From positions 3,162,001-3,226,000 of the forward strand of contig OZ024754.1 in assembly GCA_964016885.1 (NCBI GenBank): a DNA stretch of 64,000 nucleotides, in the 5' to 3' direction. The notes beneath the pieces are model-generated. The model was not told where the DNA came from. It saw nothing but the letters and a program-made list of their open reading frames with translations, and searched no databases. The position numbers and the translations under genes were made by a program. The first letter of the stretch is position 1, and each line of letters opens with the position of its first letter. Below, piece by piece: positions 28,581 to 64,000 of the stretch. The stretch comes from Eledone cirrhosa (lineage: Eukaryota).

Positions 28581-28775
28581 TAGGAACAAGTAAGACCCCG
28601 ACGGCTGAGCTCAAGCCGTTTCGACGGCTAATTCTGGTCCAGAATTAGCCGTCGAAACGGCTTGAGCTCAGCCGTCGGGGTCTTACTTGTTCCTATTACC
28701 CACTCTACTACCCTAAGTATTGAGTACTTTGGTGCGTTATGGTCCACCTGGTTCCTTACCACATTTCCTTCGTTA
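28581..28775 (+). mobile_element. Fold-back element, family C (opposite orientation)
   Basis: Homolog flanked by (TA)n. Confidence 0.75.
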
Positions 28776-29103
28776 TATATATATATATATATATACACAT
28801 ATATCGGTTGCTCACACTCGTGTGCTTTCGGGTTTCCCTCCTCGGTACGTTGTTTTCCGTTTTTTTAAATCCTTTTTTTCTTCCTTTTTCCCTTCTGTTA
28901 TAAGTTTTTTTTCTTTCTCCTTTTTTCCCCTAATAACTTCCTTTAGTTATTGACGCACTGGACCTAGACATATTGTCTTTAATGCGTAACATATCCATCA
29001 TCTCCAGCAGACAACTGATTAAGGGAAATTACCCCCCGTTCGTGCTTTGCTTTCATCTTATTTATAAATACACTTTATCCAGCAACTACACAGCCCCTGT
29101 TTC

Positions 29104-29139
<36 letters not shown>

Positions 29140-29627
29140 AGAGAGAGAGAGAGAGAGAGATAAGAAACAGGGGCTGTGTGTATATATATATATATATATA
29201 TCACATCACATCACATAAGAAAAGAAACGGAGAATCAGTGGTGCTATGAATAAGATTTATTAGACATATTACAATCGTTTCTCTGGCGACCAGCTCGAGA
29301 CACGATCGATGCAATGATCAAACTTGACTCTGAAATCACAAGATCCTCGGATATGTCTCGATTCTACGAAGCAGAGTTTCCATATATATATATATATACA
29401 TATGCAAGGGATAACAAAATATCGTTATAGGTAATCCAGTTAGAGGTTGTTAATACTTCGTATTATGGATAGTTTTAGCGTACGGCGATGTTTGACTCAA
29501 CAAGAGGTTTACGTAGGTGGAGAGTTTATGAGTTCTCTTGCATTCCTATGTAAGTTTATCTTGGAGTGATAATATTGAAAGAGTGAAAAATAACAGGATC
29601 AACAGTTCAAAAAAGGGTTTTATTTAC

Positions 29628-29733
29628 AGTCTGACAATTGTTTCACTGATTAAGTTATCTAAAAATTGCTGAACACTTGGAGTTGTGCCTCTCAATTTTA
29701 AATACGTTGTTAGCTTAACCAGATCATCGGAGA

Positions 29734-29737
<4 letters not shown>
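29628..29737 (-). ncRNA. Hammerhead-like motif with about 80-nt stem II insert (U4 mutated)
   Basis: agtttct-CcGATGA-tCTGGTTAAg...cTTAATCAGt-GAAA-CAATTG-TC-agact. Confidence 0.6.
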
Positions 29738-29797
<60 letters not shown>

Positions 29798-30212
29798 ACT
29801 TATTTTTCAATTTATCATTTTGCAATTTAATAATTTTAATTTAATTTAATTTCATCCTATAACTCGCAACATAAGTTTAACGTTCCAATATTCGGTTCAC
29901 ACATTAGACCATACAGACACCCATTATAGATTCTTTGGGGTAGCATTTTTTCGCGGCATTTTCTAGCATGAATGTAGTATGACCCTTACACCTCACTTCA
30001 TTCTCCTTTTCTTTCTTTCTTCCCCTTCTTTGACGGAGTGGTGGTAGTGCATTATAAGCCTTCGCCCCCTCACCAGATATTCATTAGTAGCTTCAGTTGC
30101 CAACACTTTGAAGGCGACTGGCCGAGAAGCTAGTTGGTCAGTCGTCCTCTCTGACTCTGACTCTGACTTTTCTGACCCATGGATTTTTTACAGATTCCTT
30201 TGTTATATTCCA

Positions 30213-30270
30213 ATACCTGATGATATCACCGGATTCATATGGAACCCGGTCATTGAAATGATCATAGTAT
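30213..30270 (+). ncRNA. Hammerhead motif with extended stem II
   Basis: ATAC-CTGATGA-..ACCGGATTC atatg GAACCCGGT..-GAAA-TGATCA-TA-GTAT. Confidence 0.75.
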
Positions 30271-30487
30271 AATAAGCCTTCCAAGGATTTACACCAGTCC
30301 AGCCTCCTGTTATTTTATTTCATTTATATATAATATATATATAAGGAAAATGCTAAGTTTGGTGTAGATACATATTTCAATGACGATTGTAGTTGTTCTA
30401 TCATCCAACCGAGCCGGTTACGTTATCTCATCAGACTGCATCATTATGTAATAATGGCCTTGTGTCGAAAGTAGAAACAATTATTAT

Positions 30488-30682
30488 TGGATAGGCAGTA
30501 TCGGTAGAGGGTGAGACGCCATGCTTTGCAGCATAAAGTTACGGCCCTTTACGTTCTGAGTTCAAATCCCGCTGAGGTTAACTTTGCCTTTTTATCTTTA
30601 CGGGGGGTCGATAAAATATAGTACCGGTAATACACTGACTGGGTTAATTGCTGGCCTTGTGCTAAAAGTAGAAACAATTATT
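30488..30682 (+). mobile_element. SINE family 1
   Basis: Full-length homolog. Confidence 0.85.
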
Positions 30683-31548
30683 GTTTATTGCTGTTGTTGT
30701 TGCGGTGTTGTCATTGTTGTGGTGGTGGTGGCGGCGGTGAGGGGTGGTGGCGGCGATGAGGGGTCAAGGTCATTGTCGTCTCCGGCGGCGGCGGTGACGA
30801 GGTTGGTTTCGGTGATGGTGGAGGTTGCTTGATGATGATAAGATGATGCTGCTGATGATGATGATAATGTTGGCGGCGATGAGAGGTGGTGGTGGTGGTG
30901 GTGATGAGGGGGGTCAAGGTCATCGTCGTCTCCGGCGGTGGGCGGCGGTGACGAGGATGGTTTCGGTGATGGTGGAGGTTGCTTGATGATAAGATGATGC
31001 TGATGCTGATGATAGTGTTGGCATCCCAGCCGCAGCACCCAACAGCGAAAGTTGTTCAGGGAATTGTAGAAAAAAGTTGTAAGGAAAAGAGAGATTGAGA
31101 GGGGGGGGGCAGGAGAGAGTGTGAGAGGAGGTATGTGTGAGAAAGGGAGGGAGTGAGTGAGTGAGTGAGTGGTGGTGGTGGTGGGGTGAGTGGGAGGTAC
31201 GGTGTAGTAAATTACTGTAGTAACCAACTGACTTGTTTATTTCTTTCATGGGAACTTGTAATCCTCCATCGCCACCATCTTCCTTTATTTTCTCCCTCCC
31301 TCACACACACACACACACACATACACACATACACACACACACACACACACATACACACACACACACACACACATACACACACACACGTTGATTCACAGGC
31401 ACACATACTTCATACGTACATACACGCACACACACGTTAATTCACACGCACACAAACTTCATGCACACACACACACACACTTTTACTCACACGCACGCAT
31501 ACATGCATACATGCATGTATGCATGTCTATACGCACGTACATACATAA

Positions 31549-31657
31549 TAATTGTTTCTAATTTTTGACACAAGGCTAGCTATTACCCCAGTGCATTACT
31601 GGTACTTTATTTTATCGACCCCGTAAGGATGAAAGGCAAAGTTAACCTCGGCGGGAT
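31549..31657 (-). mobile_element. SINE family 1, partial
   Basis: Homolog. Confidence 0.75.
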
Positions 31658-32131
31658 TACATAATATACAGACATACATACATACATACATACATACATA
31701 CATACATACATACATACATAGGTAGAGCCACACACACACACACCACACACACACACCACACACCACACACACACCACACACCATACACCACACACACACA
31801 CCACACACCATACACCACACACACACACACACACACACCACACACCACACACACACACCACACACCATACACCACACACACACACACACACACACACACC
31901 ACACACACACACACACACACACCACACACACACACACAAACTACCTTTTTTACGCGTGGGTCCACATACCTCATTCAAGTTTAGCCCGCCAACAATACGT
32001 TCTCTCTCTCTCACAGCCACTCTCTCTCGCTCGCTCACTCTCTCTCTCGCTTACTCTCTCTCTCGCTCTCTCGCTCGCTCTCTCGCTCGCTCGCTCGCTC
32101 ACTCTCTCGCTCACTCTCTCACTCGCGCGCG

Positions 32132-32245
<114 letters not shown>

Positions 32246-32470
32246 CTCTCTCACTTACTACCACCCTCACTCTCCGGCTCTCTCTCATAGCCACTCTCTC
32301 GCAGCCACTCCCTCCCTCGCTCTCTCTCATCCTCTCTCTCATTTTCTCTGTCTCTCTCTCTCTCGCTGCCCCATTGCCACACAAATACGTATATTCACTC
32401 ACTCAACCGCACGCACACACACGTGCGCGCACAGATGCTTCTTCGCTCAGTCACACCCTAACACACACGC

Positions 32471-32531
<61 letters not shown>

Positions 32532-32621
32532 AGATGAGCAGATGCAACTTCGTTCCGTCACTCACTAACACCCACACATACAAGAACGCGCACACAGACA
32601 CATACATACACACACAACCAG

Positions 32622-32668
<47 letters not shown>

Positions 32669-33045
32669 AGTGACGCACTTTATATTTTGGTACACATTGC
32701 CCCTCATCGTAGATTTTTTTTTCTCTCTCTCTCTATCTCTCACACTCTCCCTCTCTATCTCTCACACCCCTCTCTCTATCTCTCACACCCCTCTCTCTAT
32801 CTCTCACACCCCTCTCTCTATCTCTCCCTCTCTCTATCTCTCACACCCCTCTCTCTATCTCTCACACTCTCTCTCTCTCTATCTCTCACACCCCTCTCTA
32901 TCTCTCACACCCCTCTCTCTATCTCTCACACTCTCCCTCTCTCTCTCTATCTCTCACACCCCTCTCTCTATCTCTCACACTCTCTCTGTCTCTTACTATA
33001 TCTATCTATTAGTGAAGTAACACCGGCAACTGCAGAAGGCGGCGA

Positions 33046-33245
33046 NNNNNNNNNNNNNNNNNNNNNNNNNNNNNNNNNNNNNNNNNNNNNNNNNNNNNNN
33101 NNNNNNNNNNNNNNNNNNNNNNNNNNNNNNNNNNNNNNNNNNNNNNNNNNNNNNNNNNNNNNNNNNNNNNNNNNNNNNNNNNNNNNNNNNNNNNNNNNNN
33201 NNNNNNNNNNNNNNNNNNNNNNNNNNNNNNNNNNNNNNNNNNNNN
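33046..33245. other. Assembly gap (200 N)
   Basis: Run of n. Confidence 1.
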
Positions 33246-33763
33246 TGTCCTTGTTGTTTTTTTGCTGTCGTTGTTGTTGTTGTTGTTAATGATGCTATTA
33301 CTGTCAGTGTGCGTCACCATTGTTGATATTGATGTTGTTGCTGATGTTGTCGCCGCTATCAACGTTTATCTGTATGTTTATCTTTTTCCTCTTCCTACAA
33401 ATATATGATATCGTCTGCTACGAAAGCTACATCCCCGGCCTCACCTCCATATCTCTCCTACCTAGAACTATATCAACTGCTCTTATTTGCTAATGTTTTC
33501 TCTTCGTGAAGACGTGTGGCTGAATGGTTAGAGAATTGGATTCGCAATCGTGAGGTTGCCAGTTCGATTCCTGGACCGGGCGATGCGTTATGTTCTTGAG
33601 CAAGACACTTTATTCCACGTTGCTCCTTCTACCTGGAGTTGTGACCGATAGATAGTATTAGCAACTGGAAAGACCAACGGAAACATTGTTTCCTCGGTCC
33701 GATTTGACGAAAGTCGATCGACAATTTTTTTTTTTTTCCTCTTTGTATCTTGATATTCTAACG

Positions 33764-33928
33764 CAGGCTTGGGCAAATATTTTCGAGCAGTGGGCGGCAT
33801 AGGACGTGGCTCATTATAAAGCGGACTGCCCTACTAAAATGTTTAAAGCAATTTTGAAATTAGGCATGCACTTTCAGAAAGCCAAACGGGCTACATGCGA
33901 TACGCGGGTCTAAGTTTTCCTACGACTG
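33764..33928. mobile_element. Older hAT MITE relative
   Basis: CAGGCTTGGGCAA start, GACTG end, degenerate TSD ttctaacg/ttcaaatg. Confidence 0.65.
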
Positions 33929-34200
33929 TTCAAATGTCAAGGAAACAGTCTAAATAAATATCTGTCGTATAAAGATATCTGTGTTACCACAGAATCTGCA
34001 TTTTTCACATATATAACGTTGTCAAATTTATATCTAAAACATTAAGTTTCCTCTTTAGCGCCAGGAAATACTGCAGTCTTTATCAGCTCCTGACCCTTTG
34101 TAAAGTTCAAGTAAGACACGGTCAAAGGGTTGAGAGAGATATAGAGTTAAGAAGTTCACTTTACGATCACATGGTTTAGGATTCGATCCTACGTCACAGA

Positions 34201-34247
<47 letters not shown>

Positions 34248-34408
34248 ATATGTGTGTGTGTATGTATATATATGTATATATATATATGTATATATATGTA
34301 TATATATATATGTGTGTATGTATGTATATATATATATGTATGTATATATATATATGTATGTATATATATATATATATGTATATATATGTATATATATATA
34401 TATGTATG

Positions 34409-34439
<31 letters not shown>

Positions 34440-34508
34440 GTATGTATATATATATGTATATATATGTATGTATATATATATGTATATATATGTATGTATA
34501 TATATATG

Positions 34509-34582
<74 letters not shown>

Positions 34583-34621
34583 TATATATGTATGTATATA
34601 TATATATATATGTATGTATAT

Positions 34622-34695
<74 letters not shown>

Positions 34696-34730
34696 AGATG
34701 TATATATATATATATATATATGTATGTATA

Positions 34731-34784
<54 letters not shown>

Positions 34785-34805
34785 TGTACTGTACTTACTA
34801 TGGTT

Positions 34806-34892
34806 ACCTTTACCGAAACGGTTTCGAGTCTCAAAAATAAATGGATAGTCCTTGCGGGTCTCCATTGAAAACATAAACTCTCGTCAGAAGGT
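34806..34892 (-). ncRNA. Hammerhead motif with long stem II
   Basis: ACCTT-CTGACGA-GAGTTT...AATGGA...TCCATT...AGACTC-GAAA-CCGtttCGG-TA-AAGGT; GUA site. Confidence 0.85.
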
Positions 34893-35086
34893 TCTTTTCA
34901 CTCGGAGAATATAAAATTCCCGAGTTCGAATTACGAACTGGCGCTATTCAAAATTGTTCCCGAGATGAGAATGAATGATGTGGAAGCAATTCTGTCCAGT
35001 GCCGTGTGCAAAGATAGAAGGCAGAGGCAGGGAGGTCAATCTACTACCACTATAAATAGTACCAGTCAAAACGACCAAATTTTATC

Positions 35087-35134
<48 letters not shown>

Positions 35135-35219
35135 TATATTATCACTGCTTATATTTTTATATATTATTATTCCTATTAACAAATATAATCAAACTTCTTT
35201 TTTTTTTTTTTTTTGCAAG

Positions 35220-59885
<24,666 letters not shown>

Positions 59886-60064
59886 AACTAATTCGATTTT
59901 CTTAGAGTTAAACTGAGGGAATCGATTGCAGATTCTATATAATTTAACAACAAAACAAAAATCAAGGAAACTTGGAAGTAAATTTTATATTTTCAAAAAT
60001 AGATTTCAAAGTTTCACCAATTTCCTTTTGTGTAAGCTTTGCTTTTCTGCTTCCGTGAGTGGAA

Positions 60065-60129
<65 letters not shown>

Positions 60130-60841
60130 AGATCAAAAGATGGTTAAAGGAGTTCAATATATATATATATATATAAGTAGTTCCACAACAGTTCAATATA
60201 TATATATATATATAAGTAGTTCCACAACAGTTAGTAAACCATTTCCGAGGACAATTTGTTCTCAGAAATGGTTTAATAACTGTTGTGGAACTAATTCTAC
60301 CAAACTCGTCCCATGGACTGAGTGATCTACTACTGCGGATATAACCCACCAGTGTTCTGCCATTATATATATATATATATATATATATGTACGCATATTG
60401 ACATCCCTAATTATATGAATATATATATACATATAATTAGGGGTCATTTTGAAACTTTTACCAACAAAAACACATACACAATTTGACTTTAAGCTATATT
60501 ACAATTAGTTGTTAGTTATTTTGTCAAAGGTCTTTCGTCACACATTCTATCACCTCATCAATGACTATTTGTTCTGTATCACCTGTTCTTCCAGGTCTTT
60601 TACAAAATAACCAACAAGTAAGAATAATAAAGCAGAAATGAAAGTGAGATAGTGCGTGTGTTTTGTCAATATTGATAAAATGGCCATACCCAAACATAAC
60701 AATAACTGTTTCAACACACGATTTCACATCAAGTATCTTGCTAAATAAATACATAAGCACACACATTATATATATATATATATATATGATTGTATATATG
60801 TGTTTATATATATTATATATATATATATAAACACACACACG

Positions 60842-60909
<68 letters not shown>

Positions 60910-62083
60910 GTGTGTGTGTGTGTGTATATATGTATATATATATATAGTTTATATAATCTAATGGCTAAGCTTGTAAGGAAACTAGGTATATTTACATAAA
61001 ATCTATGAAACATTTTCTTCCACCAGATTAAATAATTTATATCAAATTCTAATGTATATATATGTCGGTATATATATGTATACATGTGTGTATCTGTATG
61101 TATATATGTGTGTGTATGTTTGAATATATATATATATGTATGTATGTATGTGTGTATATGTATGTACGTAAGTATATATATATATATATATGTACGTATG
61201 TATATAAGTATGTACGTATGTATATATGTATATATATGTATGTACGTATGTATATATGTATATATATTTGTGTGTGTGTATGTATATATATACGTGTGTG
61301 TATGTATGAATATATATATATATGTATGTATGTATGGTGTATATGTATGTACGTATGTATATATATATATATATGGAATATGTTATGTTGTCTGCCCTTT
61401 ACAAGTGAAGCTAGGAAAGTCATCAGCCAACCTTGACTTTAAATGTCGCCATCAAATATTTGTAATGCTTGCAGGAATATCTTTGTCCATTGCTTTATAT
61501 AAAGATATTTGCTTACTCTCCCTCTTCCCGTCTCTCCCTCTTCCCGCTCTCTCTCTCCCTCTTCCCTCTCTCTCTCTATCCCTCTCCCTCCTCCCCCTCT
61601 CTCTCTAAATGTATGTATATATATATATAAATAAATCAAAAACGGAGTTAAAACCGTGCGTTAATACCCTGTAATTAACGAGCTCAAACTATAAAAACTG
61701 GGCTCTTTATAATATAATATATAGAAATAAACACACAAAGAAGTGTGTTCTGAATTACATGGGGGGGGGGGGGGGGGGTGAAAACCACTATGGTGCAATG
61801 CATATAATCTACGAAAAAACGGAAAATACATAATAACCGGAAAAAATTAATTAAAATGAATATATATGAACACACACACACACACACACACATATATACA
61901 TTATTTCTGATGACAGCATATATATGTGTAGGTATGTATATTCCCTCTGATAGTTTGTAAAATATTTACATAGATCTATATGATATACATACCAACACAC
62001 ACATATATATCCTAGAAACGATTGTAAAATGATGAATTTGTTAATATAAGGAACTGTTTCTTTGTTTTTATTCATTGTTTTTA

Positions 62084-62118
<35 letters not shown>

Positions 62119-62452
62119 GTGTGTGTTTGTGTGCATATATATATAGTGGACTAAGGAGTCGAAGTTTATGACGGATATATATGTGTTTATATACCGTATT
62201 TTGGTAACTGTGAGTGCATGTATGTATATAGAGATTTACACATTGACAATATCAAATATAAACATACCAGATTCACGTATTTCCCTATGAATTAATAGAA
62301 TGATTAAATAATGTTTTATAAGCTTATAAGTGTTATATGTATATATATGTGTGTGTGTGTGTATGTATATGTATGTATATACATACATATTTGTATATAT
62401 ATATGTATGTGTATATATGTATGTATATATAAATGTATATATATGTATATAT

Positions 62453-62770
62453 ATAAGTATGTATACGTACATACATATATGTATACAGACGTACAGTAGT
62501 ATGTATATATATACATACATGCACATATATATATATATATGTACGTATGGATTCACCGAACATTTATGATAATGCTCGGTGTGTTTGTACACAAACAGTG
62601 CTAGACACTGTACGGCTTAATACGGGACGTTTGTTTACAAACACACCGAGCATTATAATTAATGTTCGGAGAATCCATACGTACATATATATGTGTGCAT
62701 GTATGTATATATATATATACATACTACTGTACGTCTGTATACATATATGTATGTACGTATACATACTTAT
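62453..62770. repeat. About 320-bp imperfect palindrome (MITE-like or fold-back)
   Basis: Arms GTACGTATGGATTCACCGAACAT...CAAAC / GTTTG...ATGTTCGGAGAATCCATACGTAC, extending into mirrored microsatellite. Confidence 0.85.
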
Positions 62771-62832
62771 GTTTAAGTAACAGCCGTACTAAGAGTGAGA
62801 AATGAAATTTCGTTTCATTTTTTCCGTTTATG

Positions 62833-62897
<65 letters not shown>

Positions 62898-63787
62898 GCG
62901 TATATATATATATATGTATGTATATATATATATGTGTGTATATGTATGTGTATATATATATATGCATATGTGCATATATATATGTGTGAATGTATGTATA
63001 CGTATGTATGTATATAGACGTATATATGGATGTGTATATATATATATATATAGATATATATATATATACAAGCGTGAGTGTGTGTGTGTGCGTGTGTACG
63101 AGCGTGTACATGTATACTGCATACATGTGTGTGTGTGTGTGTATTTGTGTATAGTTCACTATAAACAAGAAAATTCTATCATATGTACTTGTCACAATCG
63201 ATAATGTTGTACAATTCTTTAAGGAATTAAATTTCCTAAAAGTCTGTTAAGACGTCTGATGGGAGGATTCACTAAATTCGAAGACATGCGTGTCCACATA
63301 CATACATGGTCACACCCAAACACACACACAAGTTTGGTCACACCCAAACACACACACTGGTTTGGTCATACACAAACACACACACACTAGTTTCGTCACA
63401 CACACACAAGTTTGTCGTTTGCCGTTTTGGATCAGGGAACAGTAAGAAATTGGAAATGGCGTTAGATGAATTTACAACATTCTCATAAGTACTTCTTCAA
63501 ACCTCTTCTAATGCAATTCTTCTACATAAAAATTACATACAGCTACCAATTTTGCCTTTGATATTTTATTTTTACCTTTCCTGGACGATGGAAGTAAACT
63601 TGCTTGTGTGCTATTTTCTACCAGATTCAGTAAATGAAAGAATTCTTCTGCCAAATATCACCATCTATGAGATAATATATTGTTATAAAAAATATGCCAT
63701 TAAGTAAAACAAAAACAAACAAGAAAAACAACATAAGAGAAAACTCATGATGAGCTATGAAGATGTGTAAGATTAGATAAGTTGTTC

Positions 63788-64000
63788 ATGTTTAAGTTAT
63801 ATATATATATATTATATATATATATATGTTTAAGTTATATATATATATATATATGTTATATATATGTTTAAGTTATATATATATATATGTTTAAGTTATA
63901 TATATATATATGTTTAAGTTATATATATATATATGTTTAAGTTATATATATATATATATATGTTTAAGTTATATATATATATATCTTTAAGTTATATATA
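63788..64000. repeat. TGTTTAAGT(TA)n tandem repeat
   Basis: Visible in sequence. Confidence 0.9.

Noticed and set aside
34059-34110. Possible upstream VWA7-like exon (TTTAG...CAA|GTAAGA)
   Set aside because: The only open frame ends in phase 0, whereas exon 35220 needs phase 1; other frames have stops and no family motif is present.

Overview
AT-rich, microsatellite-dense eukaryotic DNA. The SINE and repeat complement suggests an octopus or other cephalopod (inference only). Almost all ORFs in the supplied track are translations of simple repeats. Supported content: (1) a 5'-incomplete, 17-exon, plus-strand VWA7-like gene (35220-59885, about 820 codons, all GT-AG, phase-consistent) ending in a GPI-signal-like tail; (2) a 5'-truncated Tx1/L1-clade LINE in one of its introns, plus a second tandem 3' end, at GATA repeats; (3) CRE-like LINE 3' remnants, hAT MITEs (one with a perfect 8-bp TSD), Helitron termini and many tRNA-derived SINEs; (4) several minisatellites, one of which amplifies a real 5' splice site about 38 times; (5) about 19 type I hammerhead-ribozyme motifs (intact to degenerate) from roughly ten unrelated short-element families. 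Many of these elements sit in (TA)n tracts and form fold-back palindromes that often turn inside the ribozyme. They are most likely Penelope-like element (PLE) termini or non-autonomous derivatives. A 200-N gap lies at 33046-33245.
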